Notes: generated from the letters alone by a model not told the origin. 64,000 nt of DNA from the human T2T-CHM13v2.0 reference genome, Homo sapiens (GCF_009914755.1 NC_060932.1); one strand, 5' to 3'; shown: positions 1 through 14,747, counted from the stretch's first letter. Translations and numbers: made by a program.

Positions 1-81
1 CAGAGCTTGCAGTGAGCCGAGATCCTGCCGCTGCACTCCAGCCTGGGCGACAGAGCGAGACTCTGTCAAAAAAAAAAAAAA
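1..81 (+). mobile_element. Alu 3' end (AluY-like), cut by window edge
   Basis: GAGCTTGCAGTGAGCCGAGATC...CACTCCAGCCTGGGCGACAGAGCGAGACTCTGTC followed by poly(A). Confidence 0.93.
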
Positions 82-1309
82 TCCTAAGTAAATTATCCAA
101 GCAAATAACCTAGGTGATGAACTCAAACCCAGGTCCATCTGATTTGAGAGTCCACAGCTTTAACTACTACAAGATATTGTCTATATGCTGCTACAGTATT
201 TGATTGCTAAAGGTAAACACAAAAATGATACATGAGAAAAGTTTACTTTAAACCCAAGGCTGTATTTGGGAAGATAAAGATAATCAAGCTTGACTAGGGT
301 GAAAGTGGTATGTAGTAATATCTAGAAGAAACAGCAACAGGAAAAAGAAAAGCGTTGGTATCTAAGACAGAAAATGATTAATTTAACATGTAGGACTGTA
401 AAAACTGGCCATAATTTGCACTGGAAGTCACCACAAGGGACATAATGAGGAATCTAATGAAGTTACTCCCTGATCTACTAGCCCCAGGCTCCAGAGGATA
501 ATGAGCTAATGCCTTTGGAGGCTGATACCCGAATCCCCCCAGGGAGAAACCACTTCTAAATGTGAAGTGGGATGCAGGTAGCCTCCACCAAAAGTATATT
601 AGATTAGAAAAAAAGAGACTAAAAGCAAAGATAATCAGTACAAATAGGACTAGATGAATTCAAGCGTGAATGGAATTGAGAACTAGAGCAAGTTGCTGGA
701 GAGAGAGCAGCTTAAAGTGGAAATCACTGTGAAACAGTCAAATCCCGGGACTCTGAGAAATGCTAGAAAAATGTGTTACAGATTGTCATTTAGCCACTTC
801 TATTAAAGCTGAAGAGTAGCTCTAGGGATTAGAACAGAGTCATTTCTATGCTGTTTAAACTAATTTATTCTTTATACGAACCAGAATAAGTAAGAAACTC
901 GATTGGAAAAATTGGTTCAAGAAACTTCCTGAGTGAGCACATTTCTGAGCACTGTGGGCTATGATAAAATGAATGAGTCATAGTCTATCTTAAAGAGGTT
1001 CCCACTCCAGTAAGAAAGATATGGCCAGATACACAAATCACTCTTCAGGACATAATGGAGAAAGGCACAGAGAGGTAAAAAGTGTAACAGATGCTCAGAA
1101 TTCCTTGCCAAGGTGACAGGAAGGTGACATTAAAGGACAGATATTTTAGGTGTGCTTGAAAGAGAGTGAAGGATTCAGGTGATGGAGATAACAAGAGAAC
1201 TTCCAGGAAGAAAAAATCAATAAAGGCTGGAACACCAGAAAGTGCAGTTATCTTGAGGGAATTGGAGACTGTGTGTGTGTGTTGGGGGTGACAGCGGAGA
1301 GGGGAGGTT

Positions 1310-1615
<306 letters not shown>

Positions 1616-3616
1616 TAAAATACATGTGGGAAAAAGCAATTAAGATTGAAAGAGCAGAATAGGAATTATCTGAAGGGGTCTTAAATGTTAACTTAAGGAA
1701 TTTGGACTTCCTCTGGCAAATAGTAGTCTTAACTCTTTCCATAGAAGAAACAAGTTTTGCAGAGAACAGCAGAATGCAAATCATACCTGCAGCTAATTAA
1801 AGTAACGAAGACTTGTGCTTTTCAAACAAAAAACACAATGTTGGATATTCTGATCTGCATGAGTGTGAGAAATTTAAACAGATCTCAATGTATGAAAAGT
1901 AGGGAATACTGAGCAGCAACCAGGTTAGGTTTTTTAGAAATTTAAGTTGAAAAATACATCAATGAAACCTGAAGTACGTTACATAATATGTAAAACTCAA
2001 TGTCATGTAAAGTGTAGGTTTAGAGAATGATGAAAAATATTTGGTAATTCATGGACCCGCCCTCCCAAAAAAGTGAAGGAAATTGTTTTTCATCTAATTA
2101 CAGGAAACTAGGATATATTATTGAATAGCAAGAATGTCAAAGTAAACACAAGTAAAGTTGTAGCCCAAATTGGATCTTCACTGTGTATGTGAAAAAAAAA
2201 AAACAAGCAGCTCTATTTTAGAAGCGTCTATGAGTGAATGGGGGTGTTCATATGTGTATGTAAACACACACACCCACAAAGCACATTTCTCCATATGCCG
2301 GGATTGCTTTATTATGTAATAATCATCTTTCTGCAGACAAACAGCATGCAGGAAATGGAAGCCAGATGTTTAAATTAAGTGCAGCCAAGGAAAGACTTCC
2401 ATAAGCAATTATTTTGACCAATTATACATGAGACAATATTGTCACCTACAAGATAAGACTTGAAGTTCAGTAGTTTAAAAATTATATACTCATACAAGTC
2501 AAGAAACTAATTTGAGAGTTTTCTTCATCATTGCCCTAAGGAAACTATCATCAGTATTGTCATTTAAAATTTTATGTAGTAACAACTGTAAATAAACATT
2601 TTTTATTTATATTCCAGATGCAATGTGAGATTTGCAATAACCACTTTATAGTTTAAAACCAGGGACCTATAACTGAATTTAAATCTGAACTAACATTCTT
2701 CAAATTGAAGTTCAAATATTGCAAATGCTTAATTCAGAAATAGCTCAATTTTCTTCTTCAGATTTGTTAGGAATGCAAAAGATGAGAGTACATATAAATT
2801 CCCATCAGTAGTACCTTATTTTTCTGTAGCAATATTATACTGTCCTCATGTATCCTCAAGAACTGTAACTTAAGCTAATGCAACTCTGTCTTTAGCCAAG
2901 CAACTTGAGATGTGAAAGATACATTGGTTTCATGTATAACGCATTGTCTCCATATGTTAGGGGACACTATTCTGTCCTAGTCCATATAGAGAGAAAGCAG
3001 ACAGACCAAAGCCTAGGCATGGCAAACCACTAGAAAGTGTCAAGGTCAACTAGCAAAAAAAGCTGTGGTTGAGCAGTCAAGGGACCTATCTTATGAGAAG
3101 GAAAACCAGTATCATACAGTGAAAGACAATGTGACTCTGATCTAGGGTTAGGGTGAGTACCTGTTCTGGTTTACTCAAGACAGTCTCAGTTTTAACCCTG
3201 AGTAACCATGCCCCTGAAAAAAAAGCCCTCCCTGGATTTCAGCAATAGGTGTGGAAGTTTGCGAGAAAAACATAATACATACACAAAGCTACAAATGAAG
3301 GGGCTGCAGGATAACAGTTTATAAAATCAAATGGACAAAAACATATGCAGAAAAGAATCTGGGCATAAGCATAGTGAAAAAGGGATGTGAAAGCACACAT
3401 GGAGACTGAATTTTGAAAGCTCAAAATGAGTTAGGCAAATACTTTTAAATTAACATTTTTTGTCTCCCCCAAAGATATAATACTAAGTCAAAAATGGCTT
3501 GGGCATGACACCCCAATGAACAGAGATTGTCATAGCTTTCCCTTGATTGCTCTATGAAACTGCGTAAAGTTATGTTTACTGATTCAGAGATTGCAATGAA
3601 AATATCTTATGAGCAA

Positions 3617-3924
3617 GGCTGGGCACGATGGCTCATGCCTGTAATCCCAGTGCTTTGGGAGGCAGAGGCAGGAGGATCTTTCGAGTCCAGGAGTTCAAAA
3701 CCAGCCTAATCGACATAGCAAGACCCCCATCTCTACAAAAATTAAAAAATTAGCTAAGTGTGGTGGCACATACCTGCAGTCTTAGCTACTAGAGGAGCTG
3801 CAGCAGGAGGATGACTTGAGCCCAGGGTTTCGAGGCTGCAGTGAGCTATACTCACGCCACTGCACTCCAGCCTGGGTGACAGGGCAAGACCTTATTGCAA
3901 AATAAATACATAAATAAAATAAAA
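3617..3924 (+). mobile_element. Alu (AluJ-like) inserted in the hAT element
   Basis: Full dimer with A-rich tail; perfect 13-bp TSD ATCTTATGAGCAA at 3604-3616 and 3925-3937. Confidence 0.95.
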
Positions 3925-3999
3925 ATCTTATGAGCAAACTGAAGGGAATATTTTAACAATGGATGTGTTGGCCCCTTACAGCACAGCTCAGATTGTGTC

Positions 4000-5482
4000 A
4001 TACCAACAATCGTCTTACCAACAATCAGGTTTTCTGCAGTTACACTGAGTGATATGTTAGATTACAGCAAGAAACAACAAGAAAAAATGTTTCTTTTAGT
4101 TATTTTACTTTGATTTGAACAATGGAGTTTCAAATCATCTTGATTTCTGTAAAGATTTTAGTGAAGTAGCAGAAAAGCTGAAACAACTGATAGTTCATCC
4201 AAATACAAACTAAACTTTGCTCATCTATCTGCATATTTGACAGATACTGCAAACACAAATTTTGGCAGTGTCCATGTAGTTTATAAAGTTTTCTTGCCAA
4301 AGAAAATTAAATCTTAATTAATTACAAAATTTAATCTAGTTAAGTGTTGTAGGCAAGATACACAGAACGTTGCAGGTAAGATATGCAGTGTTAATACAAC
4401 ACTTTAGAAGGGTTGTGATTTGCTTACCTGTGATATTAAAGTTTACATAATGAGGTTTTCCGTCATTTCTTTAAACTGCATAGAAACAATACAATTTTGA
4501 CTCAATAGAAATGGAAGGATATAGCCTCGCTGTTCATGGGCCTACAGGAAGGCTTGTGGCTAGACATAAAGAAGGTGTTAAAATGTGGACGTGCTGTAAA
4601 ATTATATTTTCAAACTATGAGCAAGAATAATGTCATTCTCTAATTTAGAAACACATTGAGAGTCAGAATGCAGAAAAAGATTGTAGTGAAAAGTCTATTT
4701 ATATGCTATATCTTCGAAACCATGTGTTGATATCTGAAGACAGCATAAGGAGCTTAAAGCAGACTTCACCTGTGTTATTCAATATTGCCTGTATGTTGCT
4801 AAAGTCATGCAGCAAAGCATTGCTTGTTTTGAGGAAAAATAGACTGCTTCAGAACACGTACAAAAAATATCTATCACTAGCAAAGGGCAGCCAAAATAAA
4901 TAGAACTCTCTTAATTTCTTTACTAAAACTCCAACTTCAATTTTACAAGTTCAAATTATCGATACAATTTTAAACCATTTTCCCTGAGAAAGAAAAGTCT
5001 AACTTAGGATGACATTCAGTGCGGCTCCTAGTGTTTAAAAATAACGAACGTTTTAGAAAAGGAGAGCGTATGTGATGAGTTTGTAGATGCAAAGGACCAA
5101 CGAAAGCTGATCCCAAAACGAGATGGAGATACAAAGTAGAAGGACATTCTTGGAGATCTGGAAACTAATTTTAGGGAAGTCTAAATACCTGCTGATGCTA
5201 TTAGGTCAGCTCCTAAATATTTCATGCTCAAATACTTTTTTTGAGAGGCTATTTAACTTGATGTCATCACTCTGGAAGCACATCAGGAATCTGTGTAATC
5301 AGGGCATGGTAAGAACAGAGCTGCAAGTCAAAGGACATTTTATTTTTTACTGGATTCAGTTTTACCATTACATGAAAGATAATAAAAATGTCCTGGGCTG
5401 TGAGCAGTTCAAAGGGGCAATATTAAGAGAGAAAACTGAAATAGAAATATCCTATTGTATCATGAGTTTAAAAAGTTATTAA
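4000..5482 (+). pseudogene. Decayed hAT transposase coding region
   Basis: SAYLTDTANTNFG near 4228-4266; ORF 5123-5482 has LLNISCSNTFFERLFNLMSSLW..RN, resembling the hAT C-terminal dimerisation motif (SNAxxERxFS); many stops and frameshifts; 5' boundary approximate. Confidence 0.7.
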
Positions 5483-5752
5483 ATATTATTATACTTATAC
5501 ATATTATTTATTAGTAAATCCTACTACTAATTACTACCCATTGCCACTGTTTACTACAATTGTTGCTTTGTTTAAATCATAGCATTAATGTAATAGAAAA
5601 GAAAATAATAAGACATAATATATAATTTCATATAAATACCCATTTTAATAACACACATGGGCATAATTCCTTATTATATGTTATATTGTTATGTTCTTTC
5701 TGTTTGGCATGGCCAGGTCTCAAACTAGCTCTCTAACAAGTTAGTCACCCTA

Positions 5753-5910
5753 TACCTAAGTCTGAATTCTGGTTCTGCCAAGCACTGTAGCCTTGGGTAC
5801 GTCACTTAACATTCTTCAGCCCAATATGCCTCATCTTACAAAATAATTATAAACAGTGATAAGCTTTGAGACATTGTCATGATGGAAATGATCAGTGCAT
5901 GTTAGCTCTT
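5753..5910 (+). mobile_element. MIR (its 5' head lies at about 3108-3148, on the other side of the hAT element)
   Basis: CTGAATTCTGGTTCTGCCA...CCTTGGGTACGTCACTTAAC...CCTCATCTTACAAAA resembles the MIR core. Confidence 0.6.
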
Positions 5911-7498
5911 TCACTATGCTTGTCCCACCTGAAACTGTCAATCCATGGTCAGGTCTTCGAATGGATTTTATTTTCCTTGATAAGGTCTTATCTTTTGTTG
6001 GTTCTGTGGCTTCAGGATCCTGTTACTTGGACCTATTCAAGCCCTTCTTTCTCAAGGCCTTATAAGGCCCTGGGTGCAGGATGTAAGTGTAAGCTAAGTC
6101 ATTTCTGATTCCTTCTCTGGTCAATTCTTGAGTCCATTTGCACAGTTAAATTGCCTAATTCAAGAGATTCTTTATTTAAGAAAAAAAAAACATTTCAGAG
6201 TACTTTTCATTCATATCAGTTGCTTTCAGGAAAATCCCTATAATCTACTTCTGATTCCACCACTGCTGTAAACCAAAGCCAAGTACAAGGGCTACCTACA
6301 CATCACAAGAGAGAGAGCACTGAGGCCTGGGAATTGCTGAATGGTTTCTCTTCAGGAAAAGCAGTGATTTGAAGGAAGACTTTTTGAAATATGGCCTTTT
6401 GTTTCTTGCCCTAAGTCAGCTAGCAAGAAATATTTCTAAGAGGAGAAACAGGAAAATACCAAATAGAGAGCTTGTCAGTTTGTTTCCTAAAGGGATAATT
6501 TTCTAGTGGCATCATGCCAGGAAGCTGGTTGTTCCCATAGTCCTTTCCCACCCCGCTAAACATAGTTACAGACTATGTGTAGGGTCAGTACAAACTGTGT
6601 GATCAGACACAGAAGCCAAACTGGAGAGAATGTGATGTTCGGTTTGTGGTCAGTGTGACCATGAGGCCAGACTGATTGGTGGTGCCAGGAGGCTCAGTGT
6701 GGTGTAATCAGAGGGAGACAAGGATGTGAGCAAGATAATCATCTGCTTTATGACTCTCAGGCCAACATGGGGTCTGTAGAGGATGAGGTGGCCTGAAACC
6801 TCTCTTCAGGGAGGATGTGGACAGAAAAAAACAACCAAACTTTGGACATCAGAGTGCACCGCACAATAATAGAATCCACAGAAAAAAATAACTGGAACAA
6901 AAAAATATAATGCAACAAATGGCTAGAAAGAAAAGAGTACCTTATACATTACCAACCCATGCACTCCTCCAAATTTAGACATCAACATGTAAATGGAAAA
7001 TCCTGGGCTGCAGGGATGTAGGGAAATCCTTAGAATGTAAGTCACCCTTCAGTAAGAAAAGGCACTTTCCTCCAGAAGCCTTGGCACAAGGTTTTTGTGG
7101 GACCAATAGTTACAAGGCTCACTGGCCAGGAAATGAACATGTGTTAAATTATGTATCTTTGATGACTTAAATCCTGAGGCCTTAGGATGTGAAGTTTTGA
7201 GATGGGAAATAAGGATTAGAGTCTCAGTCTATGACAGACCAGATGATTACTCTTGGTTCCTGGCGCAAGCTGCTGCCTTAGGTATTCTGTTGGTGGTGGG
7301 GAGGGTAGGGGACAAGGATGAGGAGGTATGTAGGGGATTTTAAAAAGTTAAACATCAGGAGTTGGGGGTTAAGGAATCCAAGCATGGAACACCTTTGTTT
7401 GAATTTAGTCATGAGAAAGAAGAATTATGTTTGAATAAAATCTTGTAATGGAGTTTCAAACTCTAGAGGACTAACATTGTCAGATAGTGTAGGGTGAG

Positions 7499-7865
7499 TG
7501 ATATAGTTTGGCTCTGTGTCCCCAAGCAAATCTAATCTTGTAGCTCCCACAATTCCCACATGTTGTGGGAGGGACCTGGTGGGAGATGATTGAATCATGG
7601 GGGTGGGTCTTTCCTGTGCTTGTTCTCATGATAGTGAATGGGTCTTGTGAGATTTGATGGTTTTAAAAATGGGGGTTTCCCTGCACAAACTTTCTCTTTG
7701 TCTGCTGTCATCTATGTAAGATGTGACTTGCTACTCCTTGCCTTCCACCATGATTGTGAGGCCTCCCTAGCCACGTGGGACTGTAAGTCCAATAAACCTT
7801 TTTCCTGCATAAATTACCCAGTCTCTGATATGTCTTTATCAGCAGCATGAAAACGGACTAATACA
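7499..7865 (+). mobile_element. THE1 (THE1B-like) MaLR solo LTR
   Basis: TGATATAGTTTGGCTCTGTGTCCCC...AATAAACC...GGACTAATACA; perfect 5-bp TSD GTGAG at 7494-7498 and 7866-7870. Confidence 0.95.
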
Positions 7866-8755
7866 GTGAGTTTCTGAAAGTGACAACATGTGGCAGCAGC
7901 AAGAGGCAGGTGCAGTAGTAGGCTAATAAACAATCACAACACTAGCCTGAACTGAGTGTGGAAGGCAGTTGACTACTTCATTTTCCAATTTGGGACCGTA
8001 TAAGACTTTAGGCTTCATAAAAACTCCAGGGAGACAGGGAGAGACTGGAATTCTTGCCATCAAGGTTAGGTATTGAATCAATGAATTAAAAACTGAAAAT
8101 TAGTAGAGGCAAGACTATACTTTCACCCTATGTTATAGAGTATACATTCAGCTTGCAACAAGAATTACTTATTTATAAAGGAATGTACATTTCTAACAAG
8201 CTAGGTTTAAATATTCCTAGAACCTCCTAGTACATTCCACTAGAATATAAGTTCCAGGAGGGTAAAGGATTCAGTGCCATATTCTCAAAACTTGGGAATA
8301 TAGCAGGCTGTTAATGAGTATTTATTGTATAAGTGAATAAAAGGTGTATTGATTATAATATTTTGAGCTTCTTAAATACTAATTAAATAGATGGATCATT
8401 ACAAGGTATGGAGAAAAATACAAACACATGATTTATTTTTTTTCATAGCAGAAATAAATATTTTAGATTCATCTAGGTGTAAGTTAGAAAATTAAACATA
8501 ATTGAATTGAATTTATATAAACATTCCTTGGGTGCTTATATTATGTGAGATACTGGGCTAAAAATTTAATTGAATGAGCGAGTTCCTGTTCTTCAGCAAT
8601 CTGGTGAAGAAATACAACCTAAGGTGACATTACCGTTCACTTTAACAGTGAGGTATCTGGACAGTGTTCTGGAAGACTGCAGAGACTGATGTAAAGCAAA
8701 AGTAAATGAAGGAGCCTAGGACAGGCTCCATGGAAATATGACTTAGCTGACTTTT

Positions 8756-8902
<147 letters not shown>

Positions 8903-9163
8903 TAGCTGACTTTTAAACCATGTGACAAAAAATAGTCAGCAAAGAACAGAAAAAGATTTAAGCAAGGACAAAATATATTCAAATCATAGATAGACTGAGC
9001 ATCTAGTGTTTTAGTTTGATGTGGCTAGAGAAAAGTGTGCAAGAAGGGCATCAGTCAGAAGAGAACCCTTGGAGATTCCATGTCTGTATAATCATATATA
9101 TATGATTACATATAAGTTGTACATCATGTAGGTGTTGTACAGCATATATATTATACATCATTA

Positions 9164-9167
<4 letters not shown>

Positions 9168-9214
<47 letters not shown>
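9168..9214. repeat. (TA)n microsatellite
   Basis: About 23 uninterrupted TA units. Confidence 0.97.
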
Positions 9215-9219
<5 letters not shown>

Positions 9220-9245
9220 CATACCATTACATCATACATATGTAT

Positions 9246-9586
9246 CAGTCTTTCCTCAGTACCTGTGGGGGATCTGTTTTAGAACCACCACCACCACCAC
9301 CCACCTTGGATATCAAAATCCTCAGATGCTCAAGTCCGTTATATAAAAAGGTGTAGTGTTTGCATATAACCTACACACATCCTGCTGTATACTTCATTAT
9401 CTCTACATTACCTATAATACCTAATACAATGTAAATGCTATGTAAATAGTTGTTATACTGTATTGTTTAGGGAGTAATGACAAGGAAAAAGGTATATATG
9501 TGTTCAGTACAGAGGCAACCGTCCATTTTTTTCCTCAATGTTTTCAGTTCATGGTTGTTTGAATTCACAGACATAGAGGACTGGTG
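9246..9586 (+). mobile_element. MER2 (TcMar-Tigger non-autonomous element)
   Basis: CAGTC..CCTCAGTA..GTGGGGGAT...CAAAATCC..AGATGCTCAAGTCC..TATATAAAA..GTGTAGTGTTTGCATATAACCTACACACATCC matches recalled MER2. Confidence 0.85.
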
Positions 9587-12500
9587 TGTGTCTGAGCACA
9601 ATTTATTATAGAGATTTGACCTTATGCACGTGTGGAAAATAATGAAGTCATGTCTGCAGTGCTGCTGTCTTTACTGGCAGAAGGTTTTTTTATCTTTTCT
9701 GTCACTGGAGCCGCACTCTTCCATCCTGCGTGCTGGCCTTAGTCTGCAGCTGGATTCTGCCTCATTCAGCCACCCCATCTTTTTCCTCTCTCTTAGTTGC
9801 TCGTCGATTTGCCCTAGTTTTATTCTCCCCTGTCCCTGCTCCTGCTCCTCCACTTTTCCAGCCCATGATGACACTTCTTTGAGTCTGCTGCTATTGGGAG
9901 GGGTTCTCATCATTCTCAGTTCTTTATGAACAGCCACAGTTGTTCCTAAGAAACTTGGAATATATTCTGCCTAGAACAACATTTGAAGGAAGACATCTGA
10001 GTCACTTAAACGCATTTATTCCCAATAATAATCATTAGTGTATTCAGATAGGTATATGTGTTTCAGGTTTGTGATATAGTAGGAAGAAGAATACCCTTCT
10101 TTGTTAAGGTGCTTGTCTCTACACCCAGCACCAAATCCCTCCCAGGCTTCTGCCAGCCCCACTCAGTCTTAGTTCCAATACTAATGGTCTATTATTTACT
10201 CCCAAACTCCCTTACATCTATTCAATTAGTCCTTCAGGGAGTCGTTGGTTCCCGAAGCAAGCAGATATGCAGCTTAATCCAGGTCCCACAATGACTCACC
10301 ATCTACCACTATCAGACATTCAATAGACACGTGTTTCCATTTCCATTGGCCCCCTAAGCCTTTATTCCACTAACCAGAGTCCCACTATGAAAGTCAAAAG
10401 CATACTATATTTTATATATGAACTCTAAATTTCAAAACGTGTGTATTTTTAGAGTTCCCTTCTGGAATTTTGGTAAAATAGCTTTATTTACCCCCTTCTT
10501 CCATTTACTTCTGAAATGCCAGCCATTTAAGATTAACTTTAAACAAGTTAATTTCCCTGTTATTACTTTTGTTGCTGTTTTTCCTTCTTTCTATATTTCT
10601 ATATTGTGTTCTTTTAATTAATATTGTCTTCCAGTATTTTTGTGGCAAATGTAATCTAGCTAGGAAACATAGGTAGAGGAAATCTGCGGAAAAATGTGTC
10701 TCATATTCTCGCAAGCTTTCGTACCAACTTTCTTATAATGCCATTCATTCCTATAATCTTTTTGAAGATATATAAACCAATAGGTGAAAAACTAAAACGC
10801 TAATGCAGATTTAAATTTTGTTACTAACAGATGGAAATGGTGGTATTTTGAGAATGCAGCCAAAATCTGAGGACAGATTAAAGCAAACATAAGAAGTTTC
10901 ATAACAAAAAAAAGAGTACCAAAAAAAGAGTAATGTCATGAAATTTTGGAATTGAAGGAAATTTCAATTTAGTGGAACCATTCACTGTTTGAAGAAGTCT
11001 CTCTTCAGCATATAAGAGACTTAATGACAAGTCAGTATTTTAAATGAAAGAACCATATTGAAGATGACCTGAATTAATTGATTTATTAACCCCAGTTATT
11101 TTGACCATAAAGTCCATTTTATTTATTTTCTGAATGATTTTTCTGGACCTTACAATGAGATAAGTCAGTATGACAAAATATGTGCACACACATATATTCA
11201 CCCACACCCACTCTCTACTAGACCTACCTGTAGTCAATAAAATGTGCTTTTTTAAACCAAAAAGTAATATGTTTAATGATAAAATTCTTAACTTTCTCTA
11301 ACTAAGGTTAAGTATAGCCTAAATTGATTTTGTGTAAAGGTAAATGTAAGCCCTGATTGTATAAATAGTTTAGATGATAGGAATAAAAGAATCATAATTT
11401 AAAAAAAAAAAACTAGAGCCTTTTAATCTGTTTGAACAAAGCATTTCAACTGGATAAGATCCAGGATTTTACTACCAAGAAAAGGTACCGAATGTCTAAA
11501 ACTTTTTTTTAATAAACTCATAGCCATTTTAACAATTTTTACTTCAACTTTTTAATATGCCAATCTTCTGAAGTATATAATCAGAAACTTCAAGCCATTT
11601 TGATATAGATCTAGGAGGTATTGTATATTCTAGATTAAAATAGAGCCAAAACTCTTTAATATAAGGTCAAATTACTTCAGAATCTTATATCTCCTCCGAA
11701 CATTTATTTCAAACTTAGAACTGTGAAAATAGTCCTCTTTTTCTCAGCATAACCTGAAAGTCAACTGCTAAGAGGCATGTACAGTAAAAGAATTTTGAAA
11801 AATAACTTCAGGTTTTGTATTTGAATTTACATCCTTCCTATTTCACTTTCCTAAGTGTAGTCCTCATATTTCTACCAGACATCAGTTTCAGCTAACTGTT
11901 TTATAAGAGCTGTGAGAAGCTTGAGAAATTAATTTCAACAACTTATCATTCTCGATAATTAATAGGATCTTAGGTATGCCAGTTTCTCAGAAATATCTTA
12001 AATTACAGGCTTAATTTACCTATTTCCTATTTTTTTGACCGCCAGAGTCAAAAATGTTGGATGATTTTCTTCAGCTGCTTTTTAAATTGCATAAGCAGAA
12101 AAAAGGAAAATGAGGGAGGCTGAACCCCATCAACAGTTTCCATTCTGACCTGCTCTTTTACATTTGCTTGCTGAATACATACATAGAGTTCAAACCAGCT
12201 GGCCTTCAAGGTTGTGTAATTTATTTTATAAATGCTGGCTTATTTTTTGGACATTTTAACTTCTGGTCCTGGTAGGACATATCATGCCAATTGTCTACAA
12301 AAGGAAGTTTGGATTCTAGTATATTGCCAGACAACATTTTTGGACAACTTAGTTTAATTTCTTTTCTTTGGAGCAAATATTATTATAGTCAGCATGCAAG
12401 TGATATTTGATTATTTATTGGATCGTAATATGACCTAGATCTAACCTTTTCTTCATTTTACTCACCTGCATGAAGCAAAGTAAATAAAACATTATGTTCT

Positions 12501-13353
12501 TTAAAATGTTCTTATTTTACACAATAATTTCACTTCTAATAATTTATCTTAAGAAAAAGAATAAGAATATGAATAAGGACTTTTCAAGCTATGTTTAGAA
12601 TAATATTATTAAATATAAAGAATACTCTTAGTAATCTAAACATCTAGCAAGAGAGAAATAGCTAAATAATTTGTAGCAATTTCGTAAGATGAAATAGAAT
12701 GTATCTATTAAAAATATTGTTTTAAAACATATTTGATGTTATTAAAATTATATAATTTTAACTGCAATAATTGAGCTATGAAATTATTCTATGCACATAG
12801 TCCCTGAAGGTTATCTGGAATTTGATCAACAGTGTTTTGAATAATTCAAACATTTTTATCTCAAATAACCTCTCCCCTGCACACACACAGACACAATGAA
12901 ATATTACAACACAATCAGCAGAAACAGTATGGAGCTCTATGAGATGGAACAGTGATTGGTAAATGTGGGAAGTTGTAAACGTTGGGGTGAATATTTTTTG
13001 GGGGGTTGAACCATGTTTTTATTTTTCTCTATAAGAACTGCTTCATTTTTCAATTGGGTTGTTACGGTTTTTCTTAAAACTTAAAAAACTTTATGAGGAG
13101 AATATGCCTTTTGGCATATTTATTGTAGATCATTCCTCAATTTAGAATATATTTACTGACATAATAAACATGTAATTTTTCCATGCCTAAAGTTTAACTT
13201 TGATGTAGTCAATTTTATCAATAATTTTCTGGATGGTTTTGGTTTAGAGTGATTCTTAGAGCATGTTCTCCAATTAGTAATAACAGCTCATATTACTGAC
13301 CTTGACTATAGGCCAGGAGGAACTGTGCAAAGGGCTTTACCTATGTGTAGGAG

Positions 13354-13850
13354 AGCACAGGTGACCTTGTACATACCCACCCAGGCCACATGCACTGAGG
13401 CTTGCACCACAACTTATGTGAGGCTTTGCAGGAATCCCTGTATCCTGAACACAAGAGGATAAGAGGCTTGTGAGGAGCTGTTCTTTGGCCCTCTCCCCAT
13501 CACTGCCGTTTCTTCCCTGGGAGGCTGTCATGAAATGCTTTCTCATCACCTTTGGTGGCCTGAAGGTATGCACCATTCTTTTTCACCTTCTCAGGATATA
13601 GCTGCGCACCACACAACTGCTCAGCTGTAGCCAAGAATTGGCTCCTTCATGAGGAAGTATGCCACACCTTTGTGTGGCACTCATCAGCTCTTTTTGTTTT
13701 GGTGTCATCCTTTTTGGTATGTAGGATGAGGACCAGGGAGCTGGCACCTTTGGCTACTCTTCTTTTTGCTATATATGTAAGTAGTAGACAATCTAAATCT
13801 GAAAGTGCCTTCTTGTATCTTTACTAGCTGAGTCAATCAGCTCATATTAA
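13354..13850 (+). mobile_element. Putative old ERV solo LTR interrupting a MIR
   Basis: About 500-bp GC-richer block starting TG, between MIR-like halves (about 13280-13350 and 13851-14000); family not identified. Confidence 0.35.
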
Positions 13851-14049
13851 CTCATTTAATCCTAAAAATTAAATAGTGCTTTTTATACATGTGAGTAAAC
13901 TGAGATACAAATGTTGCATAGGTCATCCTGCTAAGTGGTAGAACCCCAATTTAAACCAAGATAGTCTTACCATGGAGCCTGCACTCAACCCCTGCACTAA
14001 GCTGCCTTTTATGGTTATGCAAATATTGTAAAAAAGAAAGGAAATCCAC

Positions 14050-14747
14050 GAGGCTATATCAAAGACAGATAATAGCAAGCATTGGCAAGGATGTGGAGAA
14101 GCTGGAATCTTCATACACTGTTTGGAGGAAGTTAAAATGGTGCAGCCACTTTGTAAAACAGCTAGGCTATTCCTCAGAAGAACTTGACAATTCCACTCCT
14201 AGGTATGTACCCAAAGGAAATGAAAATGTATGTTCACATGAAAATTTGTATGTGAATATTTATAGCAACATTATTCATAACAGCCTAAAGAGTGGACAAC
14301 CTAAATGTTCATCAGCTGATAAATGGATAAATAAAATATAGTATATCCATGTAACAAAATATTATTCAGCCATAAAAAGAATAAAGTACTGACATGTGCT
14401 ATGACAAGGATTGACGTTGAAAACACTATCCTTAAGTGAAAAAAGCCAGTGAAAAAAGACCCCATTTGTGTAACGCCATTAATATAAAATGTTCAAAACA
14501 GGCAAATTTACAGAAACAGAAAATAGGTAAGAGTTTGTCTAGGGCTTGGGAGAAGAGCTGTTAGGGGGAATGGAGGTTGACTGCTATGGGGTGTGGGAGG
14601 TTTTCTTAGAAAGATGAAAATGAAAGTGTGAAGTTGATTGTGGTGATGGTTGTACATTCTGTGAATATACTAAAAATAAATTGTACATTTTCAATGAATG
14701 AATTGTATGGTATGTGAATTATATCTCATAAAGCTGTTACAAAAAAG
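14050..14747 (+). mobile_element. L1MB-like LINE 3' end
   Basis: ORF2 C-terminal remnant (GGCAAGGATGTGGAGAA, AATGGTGCAGCCACTTTG) ending TGTATGGTATGTGAATTATATCTCATAAAGCTG plus A tail. Confidence 0.85.

Larger units (their letters stand above)
3149..5752 (+). mobile_element. hAT DNA transposon (Blackjack-like) with both termini and decayed transposase
   Basis: Terminal inverted repeats TAGGGTGA (3149) and TCACCCTA (ends 5752), typical of hAT-Blackjack/MER81/MER94; transposase motifs inside; flanks rejoin as a MIR. Confidence 0.75.

Noticed and set aside
1782-1796. CATACCTGCAGCTAA also found near 41360
   Set aside because: Isolated 15-mer with no flanking similarity; the second copy is L1-derived; compatible with chance
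9624-9937. Overlapping 101-aa and 88-aa ORFs
   Set aside because: Pyrimidine/purine-skewed low-complexity sequence, probably an old LTR; no domain or splice structure
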